Shown: positions 25,662 to 39,680 of the stretch, one piece after another | Position numbering within the stretch: the first letter of the stretch is position 1 | Layout: each line of letters starts with the position of its first letter | DNA from: Vicugna vicugna | Lineage: Eukaryota | DNA length: 64,000 nucleotides | Direction: 5' to 3' | Assembly (NCBI GenBank): GCA_013265495.1 | Contig: MU057880.1 | Span: forward strand, 526,527-590,526 | The notes under the pieces: generated by a model | Seen by the model: the letters and a program-made list of their open reading frames with translations, nothing else | What the model was told of the DNA's origin: nothing | Databases searched by the model: none | Made by a program: the position numbers and the translations under genes

Positions 25662-28600
25662 CTGTATAAATTAAGTCAACACAAATACCTGATTACAACT
25701 GCGAGAGAGAGCAGCAGCCCCCCCAGTGCGAGGAGGCCAGGACCACGGCAGCCGCTCAACGCGCTGCACGTTGACAAAAGCAGCAGCTCCGGCGGCCGGG
25801 CTGGTGCGGCCACCTATTGTTCAAAGCCCTTTCCACGGGGAGCCTTCCGCAGGGTTAGAAAATGCAACATGACTGAGGTGGAGAGCAGCTAGTAAACCTG
25901 CTGCTGACAGGCAGGAGAAGCAAGGGACACTTTTGACACTTCCTTTTTTAAAAAACCCCCTGCTGCAGACGTAAAATGTCAGGCCTGCATACAACAAACA
26001 GTACCCACCAAAATGGGGCAGCACGGGGTGGGGGGGCACCCATCACTCCTAACAGTCTATCCACACCCTCCTCTCCATTCTCCGCCCCCAATTCTGTCTT
26101 CACGTTTCTACTGGGCTTTCCTGGATGAAAGATCTTCCTCTGAGCCAAGGTATGAAGGCCATTCAAGAAGCCAAGCCTGGCTCCTCAAGGTGCCCGTTTC
26201 CGAGCCTCCATGGTACCCGGACTTCCCTCTACAGCGCCTGCCCGCATGTTTATCTGTATTCTGTGCGAGACCACAGGGCAAGACAGGCAGATTCCGCCTC
26301 TCCTGTGGACCTTTACAGCCATGGAGACTGGCACACCTGAAGCAAGGCGGGCACAAACAGTCATTAAATGGATACAAACGTCTACCTGAAAATCCTAACT
26401 CAGCTCTGCTCTCTGCGATACAAGAAACAGAATACACAAGTTTTCTGAAACTCCATTCTATTACAATTCACAGAGAGGCAGTGATGATGGTATTGACGAC
26501 AAAGGCTTTAGACTCAATTAAGCAAACAAATGCTTGATGAAAGAGTAAGAATGAAGAATAAAAATATTCAAATAATTAAGAAAGTTCCCTGTATTTGAAT
26601 AATTTCTGTGTATGTATGTAAGGAGAGTTTAAGTATCACCATACGAATAAATTAGTCAGTGGGGTATGGTATGAACTGATTGTTATCAGTTAAACCCTAA
26701 GACTTGAATATTCCAGGAAATTTAGTAGGTACACATGTCATTGATACATTACACGAAAACCACGTTTTCTTACCGTTAAATAGCAAATACTGGATTAAAC
26801 TAGGAAGACCTCAGTGCAAAGTTAAACAATAAGGGACGAAGCAAAGCCACGAAGTGAGGGAAACTACCGCCAACTTCTAACGCAAGAACAGCTCAAGTCA
26901 GAAAGCCTACTGTCAACTGTGCGTGATCACTGTGATTTTCTCATGTTTCAAGATCTGAATTTTTAAAATTAATGAAACCTACCAAGAAGTCCACAGCTGA
27001 AGATGAAACCAACTTAAATCATTCACTTTACAGAAAATCTACTTCAGAGATACGTAAGCTATATATGTACAGCCTAGGAGCGATTCTACAACCATAAGGA
27101 GAAACAGGACTTGTCTTATGTTATTAAAAGGAATAATCTTACAAGGACTCATTTTCATAAGCCTCAGAAGGGAATCAATCTATTACATGGGTGCTATGTT
27201 TTAAAGATATTTTATTATCATTGACATTAATAAAAAGTCAACCCCATGATGTTTTTGTGATATTACACTGTACTCAATTTAGGTTTTACACAGTATTTTC
27301 ACGACTTTTGTACACCTGCACCAAGAACTTTAAGCTAAGCCTAACCTACTGAGGAAGTCAGCACACAATCATCCGACGGCGCCCTGAAGTGATGTTCCCG
27401 TGGCAGAGGACCACCACTGCAATGTGTAGGAGAGGTCTTTTTCCATGACTGGTAGGTTCTCTCTATTTCACAGATGTTGCATTGGGTGAAACTAGGTTAT
27501 ACTGTGTTTGAATCCTCCTATTTCAAATTTGTACAAAGGAAAGCCACACTCTGGGGGTCCTGGAGGCGTGGAAGTGGGGAGGCCACCAGCACAGCACATC
27601 CAAGCGTGGAGAGCATTTGAATCACGCCGTCGGCCTAGGGAGGCTGAAAACGGAGGCAACACCAGCTGGTACCTGTGACCTCCGCGGTTCAGATGGGACA
27701 CGTTCTCTTTGTCTCCAGTCTAATGTCTCCGTGTAATGTTTGCTCTTTCCAAATGAGGAAGAGGGCAGCGCTGTCTTTTTTTTTTTTCATTTAAAATTTT
27801 TAAAAAAGGAGAGATGAGAGAGGGCAGACTAGCACCCACATGACTCTGATCGGGTGAAAGTTAAGGGCCTTCGTCCCGTTAAGTCCTCCCACCTCCCCCT
27901 CCATGTTCATCACGGAGCTCAGATTCCCCTCCCTGCCCAAACTCCGGGAGCATATCACCCATGAATGCAGAGAGGGCCTGGAAGCAGGGGTAAAATAAAC
28001 AGTTCTCCCCCCAACCCTGCTCTGAACCTGCTGACAAGGTAAATCTGCGCAAAGTCCCAAGTCAGTCCAAGACTGGCCCACGTGTTCCAGCCTCGGCCGG
28101 GAACGCCGCAACTGCGCCCTGCCTCTCTGTTCCCTGCAGCCACTCTGAGACTGAAAACTCACCCACAGCCTACTTCCCGGCAGTCTCACACACAGCCTCA
28201 ACCTCGACTCATCAAAATGTACGAAAACGCTGATGAAAGTCATCTCCCAATTTGCTTTCTCGCTGCATTTTAAAATGCTTATTCTCAGCAAACTCGCACA
28301 TACGCCTTGAAAAAGCGACCCGAGAACCCTCCACGTGGACTACGACAGTATCCGTGTTGCTGAAGAAATTTACGATCACCTGATCTTAAATGCTGCAACA
28401 CGTCTGACTTTAAAAGGTATGAGTAAGGTATACACCACAACTTGGTGCATATTTTAAATTCAGTTCCTAGTTCTTATTAGAGTAACTGGTCATTTCTCAT
28501 ATTAAAAAAGAAAAGAATTAGTTACATACTGATGCATCTTTTTTTTTAAAGTTATGTATTTCTAAAGTATACATTTACCAGATAAAAGCGCAAAACATTG

Positions 28601-29697
28601 GTGCAATTAAAAAATTTTTATACAACTTTATCGAAATTTTATCAAACTTAAAAACTATCAGTACTTTTTAGATTGACCACATTACTGAACAATCTTGCTT
28701 CTAAAATACAGTACTGCAATCATGCCACACTGTGGCATTTTAATACTTATTTTCTTGTATAGAACATAAAGTAACTGCCTCATTTTCATTTGAAAGCTTA
28801 TACAAATATTTCGTGCTTTCCAACAAGGTTACTATAATAGCCAAAGACAATACACTGAGGGTAGACTTCTAATGTGAATTAAATTATTCATGATCTTTTT
28901 CCTGGGCAATAAGAAAATACAACCATAATACTTTACTAATTACTTAACCAATTAGTTTCCAGAAAGAAGTCAATTTTTCTTCCTTGACTCCAAATTCTCT
29001 GATAACCCCTAATTTGACCCAAAATTTCCAATGAGTAATACTGAAAATCATAAATTAGTCATGTGCTGGCAGGAAAAAAATGAGCAAAGATATTATCACA
29101 GGCCTTGATTAAAATACAGAATGAAATAACAGCATGAAACCTGGTTAAAAATAAAGCGCAAATAAGAAAACACAAGTGCTTTTAAATTATTTCCTGTTAG
29201 ACTCAGCCTTTATTCTATCTGACTAAAATTGTACCAGTGGTCTCACAAAATGCACTCACATTGGGATTCCTGAAATTTAAAGCTTCCACCAATAGCCTTT
29301 AAAATCTAAGTTTCTGATGGATTTCCCACAGAAAAACTTTCACACAAAAAGCAACTAAAGACAGACAGTCAATCTGTCTGTCTTTTTCTCTTCATTTATT
29401 TGCAAAGCAGGTGAGTTAAGACCAGTGCTCTGCTTATTCTTAAAAACAAATAGGCTGCACTTGTCTTTCTTCAAAGTAAGTAGACAATTTATCCCCCGGT
29501 CTACACAAATAAAGCAGCCGTGCCTCCACCTAACCTGGGGAGAGCTTCAAAGTTTTAAGAGATTTTACTAAATCAGGGCAAAACACAAAAGAACAAGACC
29601 AAGCAAAACACATCCATACTATAAGCTCATTAGTTACAATGCAAATTCACAAATAAACGTGGGTTAGCAGTCGGAGACCACACACAAATTACAATAC

Positions 29698-29715
29698 CTG
29701 GGATTTAGTGCATTC
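29698..29715 (-). CDS. RAPGEF2: RAPGEF2 18-nt microexon: ECTKSQ
   Basis: ggctcaaag|GAATGCACTAAATCCCAG|gtattg, phase 0/0. Matches the ECTKSQ linker between GYHT and LPADF in the long isoform as I recall it. Confidence 0.9.
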
Positions 29716-32075
29716 CTTTGAGCCAAAGTGAAATGAGTGCCATAGAGGAGGAAAGGGAAAGATGAACACTGTCAGACATGCTATAGGACATCTGCCAAAA
29801 TGAAGACACTGTTTGTTACATCAGGTTAAGAAACGACCACACAGAATGGGCTCCTTGGGCACTGCTGTCCATGGTCCTTAGCCATGCACGCGAAATGCAC
29901 CTGCAACCACCTGGGGTCACCTGGGCAGTTCAATCATGCGTCTTTCAGACAAACCTGTCCCCCTGGGTCCCTCCTCATGAGGGTTCGTTCAAAAAAGGAA
30001 CAGTTCTGTTTAGAATAAGTAAATGTGCCTTAGGGCTAATGGAGAATAATGATTTTTACTTAACTCTTTTGATCCTGTGGTATCAAATACAAAGCAAAGT
30101 TCTGTTCTTTTCATGTGTTAAAATCATGTATTTAGGTAAGATAGTAATTATATAAATATAATTTAAAGACAATCTGCACAAAAAGACAGGATCTGGTACT
30201 TTCAATTATGACTGTCTTGTGGCCCACCTAAATTTATTTAGTAAAATGGAAGCCAACATGTCACATTTAGAACACTGGTACCTGACCCACCAGAAAGCAG
30301 GTTAAATTTTACATCCTAGTACTGAATTTTCCCTCGTAAAAGTATCTGTTGACCAGATAAGACATTTAAAAAAACTTTTTTTAAATAGTAATCTCGTAAC
30401 AATTTTCAAAAACTACACATTTTAAAAAAATCAGATAAAAAAAAAGGGAGTCATACGCAGGAGGTGACTTAAGTATTCCACAACAGGGGAAACAAGGGGG
30501 TGGGAGAGAGAAATAATTATAATATGCTCCCCCCCAACTTAAGTGGGACAAATATGACTATAAAACCAAACCGATCAGCTTTAACACTGAAATTTTAGTA
30601 ACCCACACTATCACTAAGTATCTTACTATAAAATCTGATTTGGAAAAATAATTCCAAAGCAGAAGGAGTATTAACAGTATTAGTAGATTGTACTATTAAT
30701 GTGGGCAACTATTTTTAATCCATATTTCCTTCTTCCATGATGCTACATCAACACTAAAAATACTACCTTTTTTTTATAGACAATGGTAACAAAAAACCTT
30801 TCATGGTTTTTTTTTTTTTAAATACCAAGTCTCTCTGACAGGCAAACAAAGCTGGCTTTATGAGGAGCAAAAAGAAACCCTTTCCAAACGGGCTCAATGA
30901 AATGATTCAACTATGAAATTCATGTTAAATTAAAACTTTTCGTGCATGGGCAGTGAGAAGGGTAGGCAGATAGCTGGTGGTCAAAACTCCATAAATATTC
31001 AAGTACAAAGGGCTCTCAGAAATAAAACATATAAAATATATCCCTTAAAGCTACTGGAAATTTAAGTACATAATTTTAAGCCTATATACATTTTCCCATG
31101 CATTTTTGCATTTATGTTTATTTGCAAAGAGAAAGAAAAGGCTAGGTAAGAAAAACAAATATGAAATATAAAATAGTTGTCAGTTACCTATCTTCTATCT
31201 TTTCACATTTTTATTTTATACTTTTATTCATATTTTTAATTTAAAATTAATTTCACAAATGAGTACTCAGTCAACAGAACTACAAGTATAGACAAACCAC
31301 GTTTAATCTTATTATGTCATATGTAAAACTTCCAGTTCCTTTCTTTTTGAAAAGAGAAATCCTCAAACATATGTGCCACCCTTTTGGATGGGCCACCAGA
31401 GGACACATGCACAGTGCACTGAGCAGAGAAGGAGAAAGAAAAACGAGGCTCTCAAACTGACGATACTGGGGTCTCGTACACGTCACTCATTGTCTGTGCC
31501 TTGGTTTCCCCAAACATAAAAAGTAGTTTATTTACCTGATATTTATGACATAATTAACAATGAAATGTTTCAGACCGTCTGTAGGTCGGGCTTTTAAGAA
31601 GCATCATTTCAAATTACACTCTCGCTTCATCGTATTAAAAACAAAAAAAAAATTTAGGTAACATTCTCACAGTGGTATAAAAAGCCATGAAAATAAGAAG
31701 TAATTTTTAGAGATCTACATTTGAATAAAAAAACGGGTAGGATACCTGCCCCTGGGAATGGGGAGGAGGCCAAAATTTTAGATTAAGGCAAGAACCTAAA
31801 AATATTCCAGTGACAACGGTACAAGCTGACCACAGAGCTGAGCCTCAGAGCACATTTTAATAAATAAAAAGGCTAAACAATGTTTTCTGATATCTTATTT
31901 CAACGTCCCTTAAAACTACTCCTATAATGTGTGTTTCCAGGAAAACCTGCATTTTGGATAAGTATATCACAGAAAGGAATTATGCATCAAAAAAAGAAAA
32001 CTTAAATGTCTTTTCATGAGACTCCCTTCAAGAAACTAAAGATAAATGAAAGTATTGTATACTTTGACAACTTAC

Positions 32076-32243
32076 CGTGTGATAGCCTCTCGGCAAAGGT
32101 GGTTTCCCCACAGGGTAAGGGTCCACGGTGTCGATAATTGTTTGTCTTTCGCCTTTCTGGTTGATTTTTCTGAATCTCCTTCGAGACTGTCGATGAGAAG
32201 CTTGACGCTGGAAATATTCTTCATTTTCATCCATATAGTCTAC
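32076..32243 (-). CDS. RAPGEF2: RAPGEF2 internal coding exon (168 nt): VDYMDENEEYFQRQASHRQSRRRFRKINQKGERQTIIDTVDPYPVGKPPLPRGYHT
   Basis: Acceptor ttttatttcag, donor ACG|gtaagt, 56 codons, inside ORF-track entry 32028..32342. INQKGERQTIIDTVDPYP matches RAPGEF2 rather than RAPGEF6. Confidence 0.97.
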
Positions 32244-33586
32244 CTGAAATAAAATCCCCCAAAATTTCATTGCTTCAAATACAACATCCCATGTTAAGAT
32301 CAGCTGCAGAATAAAACTTACAGATAGTCCACACTTGTTCATTTTGCAAAGACATTTGTGGACAGGCTATCTCGACAGACTTAAGCCTTTCTGAGCTTCT
32401 CCGGAACTAACTGGTTTTGAGTTAACTTTTCTTTTATAAAGAAGCATTTTCAGTTCCACTTGGGACAACATGGGTAATTCTTGAATTTCCTGTAGTTCCA
32501 AAGGGAAGGACATTTTCAGTAGCCTTTGTGCTGACTTCTTAGTGAAAGCCCTCACAGGATACATCATCACACATTAGGAAAGCAACTGTCCTTTGTCTTC
32601 ACTAAAGTGCAGAGACCCTGATGTAGTTAATCTGTGTGAAAACAGAAAGCAAAAAAACCCCAAATCTGAAATGACTCAAACGCGCCTACGAGTGGAATGA
32701 CTGTGGTGGATTACCGAAGGGTTTCCTCTTCCTACTTTCATTCTATGGATTCAGTTTCTTTTTTCATACATAGTGTTGTTTCAAAAAATAATTTCCTCAT
32801 TTTCAACATTTAGAAAGTGATGAATGGAGGACCAGAGAATAAAAGTTACATCAGGTTAACCCTCGTCCTGCTTACACGACGAAAACGAGCCTGCTCCCCA
32901 AGGAGGCACATCTAGACACCACGACTGTCTGTTCAAGGACTTCTGAGGATCATAAACCCTTCAGAGAAACACGAACCAGCAGTAATGGAGACCAAGATCT
33001 TGAGGAATTATCTCAAATGCTTCTCGAGACCTGTTGCTGGAAAGTCCTACGTCTCTGCCTCCACCCTTCCCATCCTGAATCTTTATTCGCCGGCACGCCA
33101 CTTTCTCAGTTAAGGGTAAAGTCTGTGAGGTTTTACAAGAAGTTTTCACGTGCTCTGATGAGGAAGTTCTCATTTCTGACGAATGCCTCTTTTCCATCAT
33201 AGGGAAGAAACATACGTCTCCTCTGAAAATGGACTGCCAGTCATTCGCCAAATACTTCACCAAATGTGAAAGAAAATCCTCTGTCATCATCTATTTTCAG
33301 GTGTCATTCATTCACAAAATTTTCCTTCCCAGAGAGACACTGGACAGGGAGCACCAACTGAGGGTCTGTACAGGGCACTTCCTCCCATCTTCTTAGTTTC
33401 GTTGCCTTTTTTTTTTTAAAGGGGTAAATATTGCCCTATCTTAACATTGCTTTTATATGAAAAGAAGAATGTGACAGGATTTTTTTTAAAGCATCAGTAA
33501 AAGTAATTATGTGGCTAACATCTCTTCTAACATTATGGTTTTCTACATACATCTTATCTCAATATACTTTTTAAATCACACAATTC

Positions 33587-33845
33587 AGGGCAGGAGTATA
33601 GCTCAGTGATAGAGTGCATGCTTAGTATGCACGAGGTCCTGGGTTCAATCCCCAGTACCTCTGTTAAATAAAAAAAATAAAGTAATAAATAAATAAACCC
33701 AATTACCTCCCCCTAAAAAACAAAGAAACAAAACAAAAAAATTTGTAAAGCGGGGGAAGGTATAGCTCAGTGGTAGAGCGCGTGCTTAGCATGCGTCAGG
33801 TCCTGGGTTCAATCCCCAACACCTCCATTAAAAAATAAAAATAAA
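33587..33845 (+). mobile_element. Two tandem/nested Vic-1-type SINEs (about 33587-33745 and 33752-33845)
   Basis: Two full tRNA-Ala-like heads; the pair is flanked by acacaattc repeats. Confidence 0.85.
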
Positions 33846-34339
33846 GTACTGTGAAAATAAATAAATTAATTACACAATTCTGTTAAAAAGAGAGTTAAGA
33901 CTCTCAACAGAGTGCCTAATTAGCATAAAAGTCCCCCAGATTTCTTTCAATTAGCTAAAGGAAGTGAATGGGGTTCCTTACGCTAATTGTTGCCTGAGTA
34001 CATATCACTGTGACTCATTTAAAGTATCTCACTCATTCCAATCAATATCTGGAGGGCTAAAATCCTGCAATTCCAAAATTATCCCCAAACTTCAATGAAA
34101 TGGCATTATCAGAGACTGATTTATAAAGTTCAAGCACCATTTAGGTACTTGCCCTCTTTAACTTTATCATTTAACTGAATCCTATAAATAATTATAACAG
34201 TATGATTATAAACTCAAATCCAGAAAGTTACCAAATAAATACATCTAAAGTTATAAAATACACTATTATAAGTAGTTTGTGAAAATGCTTTTATTTCGTA
34301 ACTTTCTTGAGGGGAAAGTCTCCACAGAAGCTTTCTTAC

Positions 34340-34415
34340 CACAATCATTTCAGAAGGTTCGAGAACAATGCATTCACAGCCACGCCTAAAGCTTCCTGCA
34401 GAACGCTTGCCGAAA
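34340..34415 (-). CDS. RAPGEF2: RAPGEF2 internal coding exon (76 nt): FGKRSAGSFRRGCECIVLEPSEMIV
   Basis: Acceptor ttcttctttctag, donor GTG|gtaaga. One nt plus 25 codons; phase is compatible with both neighbouring exons. Confidence 0.96.
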
Positions 34416-36849
34416 CTAGAAAGAAGAAAAAATATTTAAGAAACATAAATTGGGATTTAAGTTAACACTTCAGAAATACAAAAATAAAAAACAAAATAAC
34501 TACAAAAAACACACACTGAAGAAAGAGAAACTATCTCAAATCACTGTCCACACAGAATGACAGGAAACCATCCGAATTCTGATATCTCATGAATATTTTT
34601 CTGGAAAATTCCAGTATAATGTTTTTGAATTCACAATCTAAGTCATGCAGAATCATTATGAATGTGTTTTTGTGTTAGGCTGTTTCAGATCATTCCCAGG
34701 TAGATGAAGATTTAGGTTTAGTCTAACAGGGGTGGGAAATGAATCAATGGCAAACTAGAAAAATATCCAAAGAAAGTATAAAATGCATACGATTCTCTTC
34801 TACGACTTAACGTGTTTATGTTAAACATTTCTTTCACCTAAAAATGTACCTATTTTTATAAATTTTCAAATCAACTTATTCTAAATAAGTTTAAGGAAAA
34901 GGTATCCAAAGGCAGGGCATTTAGCTGCAAAGTGATGTAAGCGGACCTGCATTCTAAAAGCCCCTTTCCTCCTGAAAACTGCACTCGTGACCTGAGGCCC
35001 GGCACCGCCGCCCTGTCTGGGCAGGCCCCCACCCGCCGGGCAGGCTGACTCCCTCTGACGCGCTGTGTGCCAGCCAGAGCCATGGCGAGTCCTTAGCCGT
35101 CCTGGCTTGTTCTGCTAATGCCTGCCCCGCCCCTGCCCATTCACTGCTCCAAAAACCCTCCCTTCCCTCCAGCCAACACTTTAGGAAGCATTTTCCATAA
35201 CCTATCTTTGAGAAAAATATGAGGGAACACCTCTTCCGGGGAACTATTTTATTGAGGATGTTCCCCCAAGTCAGTTAGACATCTGAGTGACTCCTATGGA
35301 AATTCCTGCTTCTCATAACTCTCTTTGTGCGTGGTGGTGCACAATGGTTCACATATTAGAACCCAACTTTGGTTACAAAAAAAAAAAAAGAAAAGAAAAG
35401 AAATAACCAGTAAAATGAAGAAAACAGGAAAAGTCAACATTCTCACTGTATCAATTTGGGACCTCCAGCTGACACACCCGACAATGGTCTAAACTGTACT
35501 CATTTGCAAAGTCATCAGGTTCAACCAGGCCCTCACTTAAGTAATTTCCTGCTCCATAATGCTATTTCTATGAAAATCAAAAGAACCATACTTAGCATAT
35601 CTGAAAAATCCTTTAAAAAATATTTATATATACATTCATGCATACATATTTTCAAAGGATACATATTAAAGGGCTTTTTTAAAGTGGAAAAAAATTTGCC
35701 AAGAAAATATAATAATCCTATCTTCTTTGTCATGGTACTTCACATGCAATTAAAATGACCTAGGTTTTTAAATATTCTTCTCTTGGTTTACAATTAAATA
35801 CCATTAAAATACAGAAAATCTTCCACACACACAGAATTTGGCTTCCAGTTCTGGAAACTGACTAATTGTAATTTAATTTTTTACAATGGAGCTTATAATT
35901 TACTGAAACACTATAAACTAAGAAATAATCTCAGTGTGTTAGTAAAATATATAGCAGGTTTCATGTCATCACTGCCCATTTAATCCTGTTATAGGACAAG
36001 GTAAAAAAATATATAGTGTATGTTTAAGATTTATTGCTAAATAATATAGCATTAAAATCTAAAGAAAATCATATGACTTTAAGTTTTTCCTATTTTATTA
36101 AATTACAGAGCCAAACAAGTTTTACAAACATAATAATCAGATGACTTTCTTTTTTTTAAATTTCATGTAGTAAAAACAAGTGTTTGGAGTGCATACAATG
36201 TTCATATAACACTTAATAAAAAGTACAAAGCTGCCAGAATTGAGTTGCTTACAAATTTAGCAACAAAAGTACTAACATCCATCCACATGAATAAACTATA
36301 TGTATTTATTTATTTTATGTCTAATTCCCACACCAGTGACTCCCTCCTTCAGAATTAAGGCTATAAGTCTTACCAATTAGCCATTGGTTCAACTTTACAG
36401 CTAAGAAGATAGTCACATACTTAGTTGCACCAACACTATTCCTTTAAGGATGAAAAGTTTGCATCCCCTGAGACGTGCCACGAAAATATATCTGAGTCTT
36501 GTGTGTCGCGAGCTGCACTGGCACCTGGTGAAACTCTCTTTGAAGCCACGAAAGTCTCAAGTTCTCTGACCATCACACAGATGTGAACCACAGGAGAAAT
36601 AACAGACTCTCATCAGACTGAGTCTTTGAACACGCTGAGGGGGAAAGGCGAATGCCCACGGAACACACTCTAGCAAGAGAGAATAAATTATTTCATTTAT
36701 CCAAAAAAGCTAGTTTCAAACATAACCAGGAATCCAGAAGGAAAGAGAGGCCTCAAAATAGCCAAAGTGCAGGTGAATGCATGTGCTGGGCCTGGTGACA
36801 AGGCCTCACAGGTCCAGTCCACAGATGACTTACTCTTAGCTTATAAACA

Positions 36850-36957
36850 GGGAGGTGTGGTGGGATAGCTCAGAGGTTAGAGCACATGCTTAGCATGCAC
36901 GAGGTCATGGGTTCAATCCCCAATACCTGCACTTAAAAAAAAAAAAAAACAACAAAA
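36850..36957 (+). mobile_element. Vic-1-type SINE
   Basis: gatagctcagaggttagagcacatgcttagcatgcacgaggtcatgggttcaatcccc plus poly(A). Confidence 0.85.
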
Positions 36958-37746
36958 CCTTACAAACTAGGAGTTATAAGGTAGGGATGGATGGAGAGTA
37001 ATGGGAAATGTCAGCTAGAAATTCATCAAGTCCACAAAATATTTCTACTAACTGAGTCTTTGAAACAATAAATATATAAGCAAAAGTAAGTAAGCATCAT
37101 TATTTTTATCAAGTTTTAAAAAAATCCTTGACCAAGTTCTATATAAATGAACTGTTTTAGAGAATAGAGTCCTGGATAAAAAAGGAAACCAGACAGAGAC
37201 ATGCAGGAGATAAGATACCCCACATATGACATTAGGATCAATTCTTTTAACTATTTTAGATAATTTAGTAGCAAAACACAGAGAGGTATCTTCAGGTTTG
37301 CAAATGACACAGAGATGTTTGGACAGCAAAGCACAAAACAAAGCCAGTAAGAATACAGTACAAGACATTTCATAAAGTTTTATGCACGTTCAAAAGAGCA
37401 GCAGAGGACCCAGTCTGCACAAGGAAGTACCCTATGTGAAAAGGGATCAAACGCACACAGTGTGTAATATGATGGTGAACAACACAGGGTTCTCGTATTT
37501 TAGTTTAAAGTCAAATGAAAACCAGAAGTCTTTATCAGCACAGTAAACAACAAATAACAAACACACACCTCAAAACGATGGACACACTAGGAAGAAACGA
37601 GGAATGAAAACTACTATACACACCCTTACAGAAAACCACATGAGTCTGTCATAAAGCACTGCCCTAGAAAAGTTTCTAGCGGGGGAAATACAGCACTCAA
37701 AAGTTTCCAACAAAAAATTTAAGGGAATCCAAAGGGTTTTCTGTAA

Positions 37747-37828
37747 GACCAGAGCAGAAATAAAAAGAACACTTCAGTCTTATTAATGACCAGAGCAGAA
37801 ATAAAAAGAACACTTCAGTCTTATTAAT
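37747..37828. repeat. Perfect 41-bp tandem duplication
   Basis: gaccagagcagaaataaaaagaacacttcagtcttattaat x2 (37747-37787, 37788-37828). Confidence 0.95.
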
Positions 37829-38084
37829 AGTAGCTGGATGTTGATAACGTTTAAATTTCTAAATCAGGATTTAAGAAAATTTCAAAATTATACAGATTAA
37901 ATAAGAACTTGGGTAACTTAAATACACGTACAATCCTTGAGGGTCTTAAGAAAAGTCAGAAATAGAGATTGTTCCAAAGCCTTCTGACTCAATTCTCCTA
38001 CAAATGTTCCTTGATGCCACTGTCAGAAATGGACAATTAGTCCTATCAAGGCATTCTTTTTTGTAACTAAGTCTTATAAGGGAC

Positions 38085-39680
38085 ATCCCAAAGTGATTTA
38101 TAGATTCAATGTCGTCCCTATCAAAATCCCCCTCAAAATATTTTTTGCAGAAATGGAGAAACCAATCTTCACCTTGATACAGAATTGCAAGGGACCCTAA
38201 GTAGCCAAAAGCAACACGGTTGGAGGACTCACTTTTGATTTCAAAACTTACTACAAAGCTGCGGTCATCAAATCAGTGTGGTACTGGCTTAATGACAGAC
38301 ACTTACAGACCAATGAAATAAAACCGAAAGCCCAGAAATAAACCCACATACCTATGGCTAACTGAATTTTGACAAAGGTGTCAAGCTCATTCAATGGGCG
38401 AGGAACACATACACTTTAACTCATACACTGAGACAACTGTAACTCCAAATGAAAAAGAATGAAGTTAGACCCCTACCTCTCAGCACATAGAAAATTTAAC
38501 TGGAAATGGATCACTGACTAAATAAAAAAGCCATAAACATTTAAAACTCTTAGGAAAAAACAAAAAACAAATAAACAAAATTTTAAAATCCAGATATAAA
38601 TCTTCAGTACCTTGGATTTGACAATGGACTCTTAGCTAGGACACCGGAAGCGCAAACAGCAGAAGGAAAAACAAACTGAACGCCATCAAAATTAAAACCT
38701 TTGGTGCATCAAAGGACATTATCGAGAAACTGAAAAGACGGTCCACAGAAGAGGAGAAAACCTTTGCAAAGCACATGTCTGAGAAGGGTTTAACATCCAA
38801 GATGCATAAAGAACGCCCACAAGTCAACAACAAAGAGACAACCCAATTAAAAAATAGGCAGAGGACTGTCTGTAACAGACCTTCCTCCAAAGAAGATACA
38901 CAAATGGCTAATAAGCACATGAAAAGCCACTCAGCATCCTTAGTTACAGAGAAGAGTAAGTCAAAAACCACAAGATACCACTTCACACCTGAGCCTAGAT
39001 GTGAATGAGCTACCGGGGGGCTACAATTAAAAAAAAAAACTGGCAAGTGTTTTAGAGGGTCTAGAGAACTTGGAATCCTTGTATTTTGCTGTCAGGAACA
39101 TACCAGGGTGCGGTCACTGTGGAAAACAGTTTGGCACTTTCTCGAGAAGTTAAATACAGAAAAACAGACCCAGCAATTGCACCCCTAGATAAATACCCCA
39201 AAGTACTGAAAACATGGACCCAACCAAATGGGTATTTGCACACCATGTTCACTGCGTCATTATCTGCAATAGCCAAAGGGTGGAAACAACAGCGTCCATC
39301 AACAGATGGAGAAGCAAAATGTGAGATATACATACAATGGAATACGATTCAGCTACAAAAAGGACTGAATTTCTGATATGCGCTATAATGTGGCTAGGCC
39401 TTGAGTGCATTATGCGAAATGCAGCAGCCAGTTACAAAGTGAGAAATATTGTAAGAGGCCACTTATACGAAACATCTGGAATAGGGAAATTTACAGAAAG
39501 GAGACCTGAGGTTACCAGGGGTTAGAGGAATGCCTAACGGTTACAAAGTTTGTTTGGGGCCATGGAACTTAAGTTTTGGAAATAGGTAGTGGTGATGGTT
39601 GTACAAGTGTGGTTGTAATTAATGCCACTACATTTTAAATGGTTAAAAAGTCATATTTTATGTTGTATAATAAATAAAAA
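38085..39680 (+). mobile_element. Old L1 ORF2 C-terminal and 3'UTR remnant
   Basis: tagattcaatgtcgtccctatcaaaatcc... through 3'UTR; frameshifted ORF2-like peptides (EDTQMANKHMK). Confidence 0.85.

Noticed and set aside
33752..33830. Apparent tRNA-Ala(AGC) genes here and at about 13 other sites
   Set aside because: All have SINE tails, frequent TSDs and stem-breaking substitutions; they are tRNA-derived SINEs, not tRNA genes.
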